Notes: generated by a model not told the origin, from the letters alone. Shown: positions 28,358-39,160, counted from the stretch's first letter. The stretch: DNA of 64,000 bases from Candidatus Wildermuthbacteria bacterium (GCA_016186115.1 JACPMK010000003.1:90470-154469); one strand, 5' to 3'. Numbers and translations are program-made.

Positions 28358-29551
28358 ATGGCTCGGACACTTTTATTTCCTCAGGGATTTTTTTGGGGTA
28401 CTGCAACTTCTGCTCATCAAGTCGAGGGGAATAATATTTATTCAGATTGGTGGAAGGCAGAACAGGAAGGCAAGGTGCCCCATAAATCGCAAAGAGCATG
28501 CGATTCATACAATCGCTACGAAGAAGATTTTGATTTGGCAAAAGCAATGCACAACAATGCGTATCGTTTTTCTATTGAGTGGGCGCGCATTGAGCCCCAA
28601 GAGGGCAAGTTTCAAGAAGAAGAAATCGAGCATTATCGCAGGGTGATCCGTGCCGCAAAAGAGCGGGGGCTGGAACCATTCGTAACATTGCACCATTATA
28701 CAGTTCCACAATGGTTTGCAGAAAAAGGTGGATGGACTCATAAAAAAGCTCCAGAGTATTTCGAGCGATATGTGCAATTTGTTGTAGAGCGGCTTGGAAA
28801 TGATGCGCGCTATTGGGTCACAATCAATGAACCCCTTATTCTGCTTGTGAAGGGGTATGGATCAGGAAGTTTCCCGCCATTTAAACGAAATAATTTCTTA
28901 GGGATGTTGCAAGCTACTTTTACAATGATAAAAGCCCATAAAAGGGCCTATAAAGTTATTCATGATCGAAATCCCGAAGCAAAAGTAGGCGTTGCGCATG
29001 CGATTAACTATTTAGAATCATCTGGGGGGATATTTCATGTTTTACAGATTCCAGTTGTTTTTGTACTGCGGTATGTTAAAGATCAATGGTTTTTGGATCA
29101 AATTAAAAACTCACAGGATTTTATTGGGGTAAACCACTATAGGCGTATAAAATTTTCATTCCGTAGAGGATCTTTTACAGAAGGAGATATTCTAAGCGAT
29201 TTTGGGTGGGAAGTTTATCCTCGTGGTATGTACCATGTGGTAAAATCCTTGCAAAGGTTTAAGCTACCCATTTTTATTACGGAAAATGGTATTGCGAATG
29301 CAAAGGATGATCATCGCTCAGCTTTTATAGTCGAACATTTGCAAGAGTTGCATAAAGCAATTGAAGAGGGGGCTGATGTGAGGGGATATTTTCATTGGTC
29401 GTTGCTCGATAACTTTGAATGGGCAGAGGGATTTCATATGAAATTTGGATTGGTCGAGGTTGATTTTGAAACATTAGAGAGGCGGCCTCGCCCCAGCGCA
29501 AATACATATGCCGAAATCTGCAGAACCAGTTCATTGGAAATTGATAGTTGA
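28358..29551 (+). CDS. Glycoside hydrolase family 1
   Basis: FFWGTATSAHQVEG, TINEP, ITENG, WSLLDNFEW. Confidence 0.96.
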   Translation: MARTLLFPQGFFWGTATSAHQVEGNNIYSDWWKAEQEGKVPHKSQRACDSYNRYEEDFDLAKAMHNNAYRFSIEWARIEPQEGKFQEEEIEHYRRVIRAAKERGLEPFVTLHHYTVPQWFAEKGGWTHKKAPEYFERYVQFVVERLGNDARYWVTINEPLILLVKGYGSGSFPPFKRNNFLGMLQATFTMIKAHKRAYKVIHDRNPEAKVGVAHAINYLESSGGIFHVLQIPVVFVLRYVKDQWFLDQIKNSQDFIGVNHYRRIKFSFRRGSFTEGDILSDFGWEVYPRGMYHVVKSLQRFKLPIFITENGIANAKDDHRSAFIVEHLQELHKAIEEGADVRGYFHWSLLDNFEWAEGFHMKFGLVEVDFETLERRPRPSANTYAEICRTSSLEIDS

Positions 29552-29569
29552 TAATTGAAAATTTGTATC

Positions 29570-30487
29570 ATGGTGTGGCTTTTTGTAACAATATTTTCAT
29601 ACTTCCTTTTTGCATTTTCTTCCTTAACGGATCGGTATCTTTTGGCAGGCCCATTGCCCCATCCCCGCGTGTACGCATTTTATACCGGCATCACCGGCAT
29701 TCTTGCGGTTGCGCTTATTCCTTTGGGATTTCAGTTTTTGGGCCTGCCCTTTGCCTTGCGAGGTTTGGCAGCTGGAGCAATCGGCCTGCTTGGCATTTAT
29801 GCCTTGTACCGAGCAGTGTTTCGGGGCGGGGTATCCAGAATTGTGCCGATGGTGGGGGCGCTTGTGCCTATTTTTACATCTCTTATGGCAATAAGCATTC
29901 TTTCTGAACCAGTGGAACTTTCGCAAAACATTCTGATTGCGCTGGTCTTGTTTATTGTAGGGACATTCTTTTTATCGTTGCGAGGTTCTTTGCTTGAATT
30001 TCGGCCCTCATGGTTTGATATGGGCAATGCGCTCGTGATTGCGTTTCTTTTTTCCTTTTCCCTTGTTTTGACAAAGAACGTGTATGATGAAGGCGGATTT
30101 CTGAATGGATTTATGTGGATGCGCTGGGGTGGGTTTTTGGCCTCGCTTTCTTTCCTTGTATTTCCCGTTACGCGTGGAGTTGTATTTCGGAAACAACAAA
30201 ATCCAGTGCAGCAGAAGCGCATTCTTTTGCCATTTCTATCGGGAAAAGGGGCCGGCATGTTCGCATTTCTCTTGCAGCAGGTGGCGTTGTATCTGGCAAG
30301 GCCATTTCAAGTCGCCTTAATGAGCGCATTGCAGGGAGTGCAGTACGCATTTTTGCTCGTATTTGTTGCGATATTGTCTTTTAAAAACCCAGACATATTG
30401 AAAGAAGAATTTTCTAGTGCAAATGCCATTTGGCGTATCATCGGCGTGGCATGTATAGGAGCAGGATTTTTGTTTTTCGCGGTATGA
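29570..30487 (+). CDS. EamA/DMT-like membrane transporter
   Basis: About 10 hydrophobic segments arranged in two repeats. Confidence 0.7.
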   Translation: MVWLFVTIFSYFLFAFSSLTDRYLLAGPLPHPRVYAFYTGITGILAVALIPLGFQFLGLPFALRGLAAGAIGLLGIYALYRAVFRGGVSRIVPMVGALVPIFTSLMAISILSEPVELSQNILIALVLFIVGTFFLSLRGSLLEFRPSWFDMGNALVIAFLFSFSLVLTKNVYDEGGFLNGFMWMRWGGFLASLSFLVFPVTRGVVFRKQQNPVQQKRILLPFLSGKGAGMFAFLLQQVALYLARPFQVALMSALQGVQYAFLLVFVAILSFKNPDILKEEFSSANAIWRIIGVACIGAGFLFFAV

Positions 30488-31509
30488 AATTTATATTCCT
30501 TCGTTTCCGCATTTTCTTTATTTTTTTGGCTATCCTTCTTTTCACGCTGGGGGGCGTGTTTATCTTCTTGTTCATCGGCAACACAAAGCAAGCAGAACAT
30601 ATTACATGGGGCGCAACATTCGGGCATTCGCAGGCAGAGTCGCTTGGGCTTAATTGGAGAGAGACGTACCTTGCGCTTGTAGATGATATGGGGGTTCGGA
30701 GGTTTCGCATCCCAATTTATTGGGATGAGTTAGAAAAAGAAAAGGGCAAGTTCGATTTTTCTGCATGGGATTGGCAATTGCAAGAATTAGAAAAGCGGGG
30801 CGGAAAAGCGTTTTTGGCAATTGGCATGAAATTACCGCGCTGGCCTGAGTGCCGAATTCCAGAATGGGCAAAGGATTTATCGAAAGAAGATCGGGAAAAA
30901 GAGATTCTAGCTATGCTTAGTGTAGTAGTTGAGCATTTTAAAGATAATCCCGCGGTATGGGCTTGGCAGGTGGAAAATGAACCAATGCTGCGATTTGGAA
31001 ATTGCCCGGAACCGCGCATAGAGAAAAGATTTCTTGATCAGGAAATTGCGCTGGTGCGTAAAGCCGATCCTTCGCGCCCCATTATTCTTTCTGATACCGG
31101 AGAGAATTCCTTTTGGTTGCAAACAGGAAAACGGGCTGATATTTTCTCGAGCACCCTATTCCGTATTATCCATAATCCCACTATTGGCTATGTTCGATAT
31201 CCGTATCCTCCGATCATGTATCATCGCAAAGCAGCATGGCTGCATATATGGTATCCGAATGTGCGGATTATTGTGGGAGAACTTCAGGCAGAACCATGGG
31301 TTGTGAAACCTCCGATTTCGCAATATTCCGTTGAGGAGCAATATGAAACCATGAGTCCGGAACAATTTTCAAACAACATCGAATATGCCAAGAATACGGG
31401 TTTTGATGAGTTTTATTTGTGGGGGAGCGAATGGTGGTATTGGTTAAAAACCCATGGCGAAACAGATATTTGGCAAAAAGCAGGAGAGCTATTTCATAGT
31501 AAGAATTAA
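30484..31509 (+). CDS. Membrane-anchored GH-A clan glycoside hydrolase, copy 1
   Basis: N-terminal TM, RIPIYW, KLPRWPEC, QVENEP, ELQAEPW, LWGSEWWYW. Confidence 0.8.
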   Translation: MKFIFLRFRIFFIFLAILLFTLGGVFIFLFIGNTKQAEHITWGATFGHSQAESLGLNWRETYLALVDDMGVRRFRIPIYWDELEKEKGKFDFSAWDWQLQELEKRGGKAFLAIGMKLPRWPECRIPEWAKDLSKEDREKEILAMLSVVVEHFKDNPAVWAWQVENEPMLRFGNCPEPRIEKRFLDQEIALVRKADPSRPIILSDTGENSFWLQTGKRADIFSSTLFRIIHNPTIGYVRYPYPPIMYHRKAAWLHIWYPNVRIIVGELQAEPWVVKPPISQYSVEEQYETMSPEQFSNNIEYAKNTGFDEFYLWGSEWWYWLKTHGETDIWQKAGELFHSKN

Positions 31510-32517
31510 ATGAAGCGTATTTTCTTAGCTATTATCTTGCTACTGGTTGCGGCTGTTTTGTTTTTCTTTACGGGCGTTCCCAAGCCCGCAGAAAAAATTC
31601 TATGGGGCATAACTTTTTCTCATTCTTATGCAAGAGACCTTGGATTGGATTGGCGCCAGACATATCTTGCTTTGCTCGATGATCTTGGCGTAAGGAATAT
31701 CCGTATTCCTCTCTATTGGAATGAGTTGGAGCGGGAGGAGGGAGCATTCGATTTTTCTTTATGGGATTGGCAATTGCAAGAATTAGAAAAAAGACAGGGC
31801 AAGGCAATCATAGCAATTGGCGTAAAACTTCCTCGCTGGCCCGAATGCCATATACCAGAGTGGGCAAGGGGTTTATCGCAAGAAAAGCGCCAAGAAGCAG
31901 TTCTTTCGATGCTTCAGGAGGTTGTTGAGCATTACAAAAATTGGAATGTTATTGAGAAATGGCAGGTGGAAAACGAATATACCGCGTCTTCGGGCATTTG
32001 CCCGAAATTAGACGTATCCTTGCTTCCAAAAGAAGTACATTTGGTGCGTACGCTGGATCAGCGACAAATTATTCTACAAGATGAGGGCATTGCATCTTCA
32101 TGGTTTTTTGCTGGGGAATATGCTGATATTATTGGAATTTCGATGTATCGTTTTCGAGCAAGCGAGACATTGGGATTGATTCATTATCCCTTTCCTCCAG
32201 CCATTTTCCAGAGAAAAGCGCAGCTTTTTCATATGAAATATCCCAACAAAAAAGTGATTATCACAGAACTGCAAGCAGAGCCATGGCCAGTAACTGGAAC
32301 AGTGGAGGGAGATTATAGAACAATGGACCCGCAGCGTTTTCAGCAGCATATTGCATACGCGAAACGCACTGGTTTTGATGAATTTTATCTCTGGGGCGCC
32401 GAATGGTGGTACTGGTTGAAAATTCATGGCGAGAATGCTATTTGGAATGAGGCAAAAGAATTGTATAATGAAATATATTTATTGAACTTTTTGCATGCGA
32501 AAACGCATCTATCTTGA
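31510..32517 (+). CDS. Membrane-anchored GH-A clan glycoside hydrolase, copy 2
   Basis: Paralog of the preceding gene: RIPLYW, KLPRWPEC, QVENEY, ELQAEPW, LWGAEWWYW. Confidence 0.8.
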   Translation: MKRIFLAIILLLVAAVLFFFTGVPKPAEKILWGITFSHSYARDLGLDWRQTYLALLDDLGVRNIRIPLYWNELEREEGAFDFSLWDWQLQELEKRQGKAIIAIGVKLPRWPECHIPEWARGLSQEKRQEAVLSMLQEVVEHYKNWNVIEKWQVENEYTASSGICPKLDVSLLPKEVHLVRTLDQRQIILQDEGIASSWFFAGEYADIIGISMYRFRASETLGLIHYPFPPAIFQRKAQLFHMKYPNKKVIITELQAEPWPVTGTVEGDYRTMDPQRFQQHIAYAKRTGFDEFYLWGAEWWYWLKIHGENAIWNEAKELYNEIYLLNFLHAKTHLS

Positions 32518-33667
32518 TTATTCGGCTTCGACACCGGTTGATCCTAAGGTTTTGCGAGCAATGCTCCCGTATTTCAAAAAGGAATTTGGCAATCCCTCTT
32601 CGCGTCATGGCTATGGCCAGCGCGCCAGCGCAGCAATTGAACACGCAAGAACTCAAGTAGCCAACTTTCTGGGCTGCGCTGCCCAAGAAATTATTTTTAC
32701 AGGCGGCGCAACAGAATCAAACAATCTTGCTATCCAAGGCATTGTCGGACAAAAAAGAGCAACAAAGCCGCATGTTATTACTTCTGCTATTGAACATGAA
32801 TCTGTGCTGGAAGTATGCCGGACCCTTGAAAAAGAAGGAGCGGCAGAAGTGAGCTATCTTACTCCCGATGCAGAAGGAATAATAGAAGTGAAAGAGGTGG
32901 AGCGCGCAATCCGTCCCAACACCACGCTCGTTTCTATCGGCTATGCCAACAGCGTAATCGGTACCATTCAGCCCATTGCAGAAATTGGGAAATTGCTTTC
33001 TCAATACAATATACAAAATACTACATACAAGATACTATTTCATACCGATGCGGTGCAGGCAGCCCTTTATCTTTCTTGCGACGTGAAAAAGTTGGGAGTT
33101 GATTTGCTCACGTTGAGCGCGCATAAGCTGTATGGTCCCAAAGGTGTTGGCGCTCTTTTCGTCAAAACAGGGGTTGCGCTTCGGCCTTTGCTTTTTGGCG
33201 GAGGGCAGGAGAATGATCAAAGAGCAGGTACTCAAAATGTTCCGGGAATTGTCGGGTTGGGAACAGCGATCCAAGAACTTCAGAATCCCCGTATGGCCCT
33301 GACCGCAATCAAAATCCGGCAATTGAGGGACCGGCTTACCAAAACCATTCTTAAAAAAATTTCTGGAGCAGCTCTTTCGGGTTCTTCTCAAAAGCGTCTT
33401 CCATCGAATGTGCATATAAGATTTGAGGGATGCCAAGCGCGAGATATCGCATTTCTTTTTGATCAAAAGGGTATCGCCGTTTCTACGGGTTCTGCGTGCT
33501 CTGAAAGAAGTCAGGAGCCCTGCCATGTGCTTTTGGCAATGGGTTTTTCCGCAGGCGAAGCGCTTTCTGGGGTGCGCATCACTCTTGGAAGATATACCAC
33601 AGCAGAAGAAATTGATGCTGTGGCAGAGAAATTGCCCGCAATTATTACGCAATTAAGAAAATCATAA
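32495..33667 (+). CDS. iscS: Cysteine desulfurase (IscS/NifS family)
   Basis: YLDYSASTP, GNPSS, HTDAVQ, SAHKLYGPKG, STGSAC. Confidence 0.95.
   Translation: MRKRIYLDYSASTPVDPKVLRAMLPYFKKEFGNPSSRHGYGQRASAAIEHARTQVANFLGCAAQEIIFTGGATESNNLAIQGIVGQKRATKPHVITSAIEHESVLEVCRTLEKEGAAEVSYLTPDAEGIIEVKEVERAIRPNTTLVSIGYANSVIGTIQPIAEIGKLLSQYNIQNTTYKILFHTDAVQAALYLSCDVKKLGVDLLTLSAHKLYGPKGVGALFVKTGVALRPLLFGGGQENDQRAGTQNVPGIVGLGTAIQELQNPRMALTAIKIRQLRDRLTKTILKKISGAALSGSSQKRLPSNVHIRFEGCQARDIAFLFDQKGIAVSTGSACSERSQEPCHVLLAMGFSAGEALSGVRITLGRYTTAEEIDAVAEKLPAIITQLRKS
33003..33037 (+). repeat. 7-bp-period repeat inside cysteine desulfurase gene
   Basis: AATACAA TATACAA AATACTA CATACAA GATACTA, encodes QYNIQNTTYKIL. 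Confidence 0.88.
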
Positions 33668-34941
33668 TGGACGAAGAAAAAGATCTAAAAATTTTACCAA
33701 AGCCAGCCCTCAAGAGTAGAAGAATCGGCAAACGCACATTCAGGCACAAGAACTTGCTGTGGATTCTTCTTTTTGTTGTGTTGCTTTCTGCTGCAGCAGG
33801 TTTTGGCGGAGGTCTTGCCGGAGGATTTGTATACGAGAAATGGAAGAGCAATGCCGTCTTTGCCCTGCCCTTCAAAGAACCAGATAAGGTGATTGAGCGA
33901 ACGGTGGTGGAAAAAGAGTATGTTCCTCAGACCAGCGAAGAACAGAAGATTATTGATGTTGCAAAAAAGACGGCTTCTTCAGTAGTGAGCATTGTTATCA
34001 AGAAAAATACGGCGTCTGGCGCAGAAGCAGGATCAACATTAAATAAAAACGGCAAGCCCATCGAAGAAGAGGAACTTGGCGAGGGATCCGGTTTTGTCAT
34101 CTCCAAAGAAGGAATGGTATTGACGAATAAGCACGTGGTAAGAGAAGAGAATGCTACGTACACTATTTCAACAAGTGAAGGGAAATCATATCCCGCAATT
34201 GTCTTAGCCAGAGATCCCCTCCAGGATCTTGCAGTGTTAAAAATTGATCAGCAGGGCAAGCAAATGATTTTCACCCCTCTTCTTTTAGGGGATTCAGAGG
34301 TTTTGGAGATCGGGCAAACGGTAGTAGCAGTTGGGAATTCCTTGGGGGAGTTTAACAATACCGTTTCTGTGGGAGTAATTTCGGGATTGGGGCGAACCAT
34401 TACTGCTTCGGGCGGCAGTTTCGTTGAGACCATTGAAGATGTCATTCAGACCGATGCAGCAATCAACAAGGGAAATTCGGGAGGGCCGTTGCTGAACCTT
34501 GCAGGAGAAGTGATCGGGGTGAATACCGCAATGGTGGTGGGAGCGCAAAGTATGGGATTTGCCATTCCCGTGAATGAGGCAAAACGAGGCATCGAACAAG
34601 TGAAGGTTGAGGGGAGAATCAGCTATGCCTTGCTTGGAGTGCGGTATAGCATGATAACGAGAAAATTGCAGCAAGAGAAAGATTTGACCGTTGATTATGG
34701 GGCTTTGGTGATGCGGGGAGGGCAGGGAGAGCCGGCTGTTGCCCCTGATTCTGCTGCGGCAAAGGCAGGGATAAGAGAGGGGGATGTTCTTATCGAGATT
34801 AATGGGGAACGCCTCACGCAGGAGTATACCTTGGCAAAGGCAATAAAAAAGAGAAAACCGGGTGACAAAATCGTCATCAAGGTATGGAGGGATAATCAGG
34901 AGAAGATTTTCACTGCGGTTTTGGGAGAAGTGAGCGGCTAG
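33667..34941 (+). CDS. htrA: HtrA/DegP serine protease with one PDZ domain
   Basis: TM anchor, [34 protein letters not shown]. Confidence 0.95.
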   Translation: MDEEKDLKILPKPALKSRRIGKRTFRHKNLLWILLFVVLLSAAAGFGGGLAGGFVYEKWKSNAVFALPFKEPDKVIERTVVEKEYVPQTSEEQKIIDVAKKTASSVVSIVIKKNTASGAEAGSTLNKNGKPIEEEELGEGSGFVISKEGMVLTNKHVVREENATYTISTSEGKSYPAIVLARDPLQDLAVLKIDQQGKQMIFTPLLLGDSEVLEIGQTVVAVGNSLGEFNNTVSVGVISGLGRTITASGGSFVETIEDVIQTDAAINKGNSGGPLLNLAGEVIGVNTAMVVGAQSMGFAIPVNEAKRGIEQVKVEGRISYALLGVRYSMITRKLQQEKDLTVDYGALVMRGGQGEPAVAPDSAAAKAGIREGDVLIEINGERLTQEYTLAKAIKKRKPGDKIVIKVWRDNQEKIFTAVLGEVSG

Positions 34942-35003
34942 AACAGAGTACTTTCCAAGCTCCGCATTTGCTAAAAAGCAAATTTTATGTTAAAGTTTAC
35001 TAT

Positions 35004-37706
35004 ATGAACGGAAACAGCAATTTTACTCAAAAAGCACAAGAAGCGCTTTTTCAGGCGCAAAATTTGGCCCAAGAAAGGGGGCAGCAGCAGGTGGATGCTC
35101 TTCATTTGCTTGCCGCTCTTATTGCGCAAGAAGATAGCGTCATTTTGACGTTACTGCAAAAAATGGGGGCTGACATCGAAAACTTAAAGCGCAGAATTTC
35201 TATTGAGCTGGATCGTTTGCCTATCATTGCCGCAGTAAACCCGTTTGGCCAGTTTTATCTTACACAGGATCTGGCCAAGATTTTAGAGCGTGCAAAGCAG
35301 GAGGCAGTAAAAATGGGAGACGAGTATATTTCGGTGGAGCATCTTTTTCTTGCTTTTCTCGATACTCCTTCAAAAGCCAAAGAAGTTCTCGAGCGAACGA
35401 ATTTTGTTCGCGGAGTTGATACTGCTCAATCCCTTGAATATGGAAAGATTGATTATGAGACCGCTCTCAAGGCATTAGCGCAAATTCGGGGAGGAGTCCG
35501 GATTACTGATCCCAATCCCGAATCGAAATATCAGGTTATTGAAAGATACGCAAGAAATCTTACGCGTCTTGCTAAACAAGGCAAGCTCGATCCAGTAATT
35601 GGGAGAGAAAATGAAATTCGAAGGTTGATGCAGGTGCTCTCGCGTAGGACCAAGAACAATCCAGTGCTGATTGGAGAAGCAGGCGTAGGAAAGACCGCCG
35701 TGGTAGAGGGATTAGCTCAGAAAATCGTGAAAGGAGAGGTGCCCGAGAGTTTGCGCGATAAAGAAATCATTGCGCTTGATCTGGGAGCTATTATCGCTGG
35801 TACGAAATACCGAGGCGAATTCGAGGACCGCATCAAGACCCTTTTAAAAGAGCTGGAACGGAGCGGAGGGAAATATCTCCTTTTTATCGATGAATTGCAT
35901 ACTTTGGTTGGGGCCGGAGCTGCAGAAGGAGCAATTGATGCCTCTAATCTTCTGAAGCCGGCTTTGGCTCGCGGTGAACTCCGGGCAATCGGAGCTACCA
36001 CTCTTAAAGAGTATCAGCGGTACATTGAAAGGGATCCTGCGCTTGAACGCAGATTCCAGCCGATTTATGTTGCTGAACCCTCTATCGAGGATACTATCCT
36101 TATTTTGCGCGGCATCAAGGAGAAATACGAATTGCATCATGGGGTTAAGATTAAAGATGTTGCTTTGATTGCCGCGGCGAATCTTGCCGCGCGTTACATT
36201 ACGGATCGGTTTCTTCCCGATAAAGCAGTCGATCTTTTGGATGAGGCCATGAGTTCTTTACGGTTGGATATGGAATCAGATCCGGTAGAACTGGATTCGC
36301 TGCGAAGAGAAATCCAAAAGCTTGAAATTGAAAAAGAGGCATTGAAGAATGAACCCGAAGAAGAGCAACGCATCAGGGTAATCGAAAGAGCGCTTGCGGA
36401 TTTGCGGGAGCGTTCCAAGGCGATTGAAGCAAAGTGGGTTACTGAAAAAGAATCGATTGGGAAAATCAAAGAGCTCAAACAGGAAATCGAACGACTACGC
36501 TTTGCTCTTGAACGCGAGCAGGCCGACGGAAATCTTCAGAAGGTAGCCGAGATCAAATACGGCACAATGCCCGATCTCTTAAAGAAGCTTCGGAACGAAG
36601 AGAAAAAGCTTGCCAGAATTCAAAAAGATCACGCTCTTTTGCAGGAAGAGGTGAGCGAAGAGGATGTGGCGAAGGTAGTTGCCAAATGGACTGGTATTCC
36701 CGCGATGCGTCTGATGGAGCAGGAGGCACAAAAACTGGAACGCATGGAAGAAGTATTGTCGAGAAGGGTTATCGGGCAGGAAGAGGCAATTCAGGCAATT
36801 TCAAATGCGATCCGAAGAAATCGCGCCGGACTTTCCGAAGAGAACCGGCCGTTGGGATCATTTCTTTTCCTTGGCCCTACCGGAGTAGGAAAAACAGAAA
36901 CAGCCAAAACCCTTGCTGAATTTCTTTTCAACGATGCAAATGCTCTGATTCGTATTGATATGTCAGAGTATATGGAGCGGCACGCCACGGCCAAGATGAT
37001 TGGTTCTCCTCCGGGATATGTGGGTTATGAAGAGGGTGGCCAGCTTACCGAAAAAATACGCAGGAGACCGTATAGCGTGGTGCTGTTCGATGAAATCGAA
37101 AAGGCGCATCCCGAGGTATTTAATATGTTGCTGCAGATTCTGGAAGATGGCCGGCTTACAGATGCCAAGGGAAGAATTGCTTCGTTTAAGAATGGGATTA
37201 TCATTATGACTTCGAACATTGGTTCGCAATACATTGCGGAGTTAAATCCCATCGGATTTTTGAGCGGCTCGGAGGTAGGCAAGAAAGAAATGGTGAAAGA
37301 AAAGGTGATGGATGCCTTGCGAGAGCAATTTCGCCCGGAATTTTTGAATCGTATTGATGAAATTGTGCTTTTCAACTACCTTGGAAAACCCGAGGTTCGA
37401 AAGATTGTCGAACTGGAGCTTTCGAAAATCGCAAAACGTCTTCAGGAGCGACGTATGGAATTGCAGGTTTCAGATAAGGCCAAGGCCCTTCTTGCGGAAA
37501 AGGGATTTGATCCCCAGTATGGAGCAAGGCCTTTGCGAAGAATAGTCCAACGATTAGTGCTGGATCCGCTTTCCTTTAAGATCGTATCAGGAGAAATTTC
37601 TTTGGGTTCAAAAGCTCTTGTGGATGAGAAGGATGGGAAAGTGCTCTTTCACGTCATGCACAGCGTAAAGGAGAATAAAAAGAAACTCGCCAAGACAGAA
37701 GCATAA
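35004..37706 (+). CDS. clpB: ATP-dependent chaperone ClpB
   Basis: Clp N domain, GEAGVGKT and GPTGVGKT Walker A motifs, long coiled-coil middle domain. Confidence 0.96.
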   Translation: MNGNSNFTQKAQEALFQAQNLAQERGQQQVDALHLLAALIAQEDSVILTLLQKMGADIENLKRRISIELDRLPIIAAVNPFGQFYLTQDLAKILERAKQEAVKMGDEYISVEHLFLAFLDTPSKAKEVLERTNFVRGVDTAQSLEYGKIDYETALKALAQIRGGVRITDPNPESKYQVIERYARNLTRLAKQGKLDPVIGRENEIRRLMQVLSRRTKNNPVLIGEAGVGKTAVVEGLAQKIVKGEVPESLRDKEIIALDLGAIIAGTKYRGEFEDRIKTLLKELERSGGKYLLFIDELHTLVGAGAAEGAIDASNLLKPALARGELRAIGATTLKEYQRYIERDPALERRFQPIYVAEPSIEDTILILRGIKEKYELHHGVKIKDVALIAAANLAARYITDRFLPDKAVDLLDEAMSSLRLDMESDPVELDSLRREIQKLEIEKEALKNEPEEEQRIRVIERALADLRERSKAIEAKWVTEKESIGKIKELKQEIERLRFALEREQADGNLQKVAEIKYGTMPDLLKKLRNEEKKLARIQKDHALLQEEVSEEDVAKVVAKWTGIPAMRLMEQEAQKLERMEEVLSRRVIGQEEAIQAISNAIRRNRAGLSEENRPLGSFLFLGPTGVGKTETAKTLAEFLFNDANALIRIDMSEYMERHATAKMIGSPPGYVGYEEGGQLTEKIRRRPYSVVLFDEIEKAHPEVFNMLLQILEDGRLTDAKGRIASFKNGIIIMTSNIGSQYIAELNPIGFLSGSEVGKKEMVKEKVMDALREQFRPEFLNRIDEIVLFNYLGKPEVRKIVELELSKIAKRLQERRMELQVSDKAKALLAEKGFDPQYGARPLRRIVQRLVLDPLSFKIVSGEISLGSKALVDEKDGKVLFHVMHSVKENKKKLAKTEA

Positions 37707-38446
37707 TGAACTTCCTTCGCATTATTCTTTTTTTGTTTTTCAGTTTTTGCTTTGGTTTGCTTGGCGGGATATGGGCCCAGGCATCTCTCCTGCCCTACAT
37801 GGCTGTTCATCAGCCCTTTCAGGATTGGGGATTGATACGTTCTTGGAATGAGAAAACGATTGTGGTGAGAGAGGTGCAGAGAGAAGTCATTGATGGACGA
37901 GAGGGATTGGAGCGCGCAGTCGCGGATGTTCAAAAAGGAATAGTGGCAATCCAAAGTTCTAAAGGGACACGCGCTATTCAGGGATCCGGATTTATCTATG
38001 CGTCAGAAGGGCTCATACTGACATTAGCAAGCATCGTTCCCCAAGGGTATGCGCCCGTTGTGTATCGCGAGAATAGAGAGTTTAGCGCAAGCGAAGTGCA
38101 AGTGCTCAAGCGCGATGCGACAAGCAATCTCGCGCTGTTGAAAATCAATCAAACCGATTTGCCGACATTTCGTTTGGCAGAAAAAGAAGACGTGAAACTT
38201 GGAATGTCTGTATTTCTTCTTGGAGCAAAAATCCAAAGCGGACAGGTTCAATATCGAGTAGACGAAGGAATTATTCAACAGATCACCCCAGATACATTTA
38301 TTCCTACGATTACTGCCCCCATTCTTGCCGGAAGCGCTCTTTTTGATGTACAGGGAAGAATTCTTGGGCTCACAGAAACCACTTCACAGGGGAATTTTCA
38401 TATCATTCCCGTGGATCGACTTCGTGAGTTTTTGCAGCCAAGGTAA
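37706..38446 (+). CDS. Trypsin-fold HtrA-like protein lacking catalytic triad
   Basis: GSGF retained; LTLASIV, SNLALLK and ILAGSALFD replace the His/Asp/Ser motifs. Confidence 0.7.
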   Translation: MNFLRIILFLFFSFCFGLLGGIWAQASLLPYMAVHQPFQDWGLIRSWNEKTIVVREVQREVIDGREGLERAVADVQKGIVAIQSSKGTRAIQGSGFIYASEGLILTLASIVPQGYAPVVYRENREFSASEVQVLKRDATSNLALLKINQTDLPTFRLAEKEDVKLGMSVFLLGAKIQSGQVQYRVDEGIIQQITPDTFIPTITAPILAGSALFDVQGRILGLTETTSQGNFHIIPVDRLREFLQPR

Positions 38447-38493
38447 TTTTGACGCAGCCGGTCTTTTTTCCTATAGTGAGGGAATGCTTATCT

Positions 38494-39054
38494 ATGGATA
38501 AGGATTTTCTTATTAAGGTTACTTTGGCTGTTTATAAGGTTTGCCATGCGCTACCCGATGAGGAGCCATTGAAAATTTCTGTACAAACCACAGCAAATGA
38601 CATTTTGTGCGCTCTTGTTTTGCTTTTGCATAGGGAGTATGTAAGGGGTCCGATTGAGCATTTGATTTCCCATTCGTTGCAACAGCTTGGGCTCCTTTCT
38701 CATTACTTTTCCCAGATCCAAACAAGAAATTGGATTGACAGGAAGAATTTCTTGATCCTTCAGTATGAATATGCTAAAATCAGAACGTTTGTTGAACAAT
38801 TGGCAGAAGTTTCGCAGCAAAAGAACGAAGTCAAATCGCAAAGAAAGGAAGACATCACCCTCCCTTTGAGGCAAAGGAAAATTCTTGAGATATTGCGCAA
38901 TAAAGAAAAAATTCAGGTACAGGAAATTCAAAAAATCATGCCAGAGGTTACCAAGCGAACTCTCCGTCGTGATCTGGACGCACTGCTACATTTAGATCTC
39001 ATTGAACGGCTTGGCGAATGGAATGCTGTTTCCTATAAGTTGAAGGTAAAATAG
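38494..39054 (+). CDS. Four-helix-bundle-like N domain + DeoR-type winged HTH protein
   Basis: N-terminal TLAVYKVCHALPDEEPLK; C-terminal RQRKILEIL...EVTKRTLRRDLDAL...G. Confidence 0.75.
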   Translation: MDKDFLIKVTLAVYKVCHALPDEEPLKISVQTTANDILCALVLLLHREYVRGPIEHLISHSLQQLGLLSHYFSQIQTRNWIDRKNFLILQYEYAKIRTFVEQLAEVSQQKNEVKSQRKEDITLPLRQRKILEILRNKEKIQVQEIQKIMPEVTKRTLRRDLDALLHLDLIERLGEWNAVSYKLKVK

Positions 39055-39057
39055 GGG

Positions 39058-39155
39058 TGTGGATAACTTGTGTAGAAAACTAGGACAACTGGGACATTGA
39101 TGGGACACTACTTTTTCGTGGCATATGTCCTATTGCTTCTATTAAGCTTGTCCTA
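39058..39155. promoter_or_regulatory. DnaA box plus TRGGACA direct/inverted repeat array
   Basis: TGTGGATAA 39058-39066; TAGGACA 39081, TGGGACA 39090, TGGGACA 39101; inverted TGTCCTA 39126 and 39149. Confidence 0.6.
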
Positions 39156-39160
39156 TCTTA

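Noticed and set aside
1511..33037. CRISPR array or DGR explanation for the short repeats
   Set aside because: No spacers, no cas or reverse transcriptase genes, no long TR/VR pair seen
39058..39066. oriC call
   Set aside because: Only one perfect DnaA box, no dnaA/dnaN nearby and no clear unwinding element
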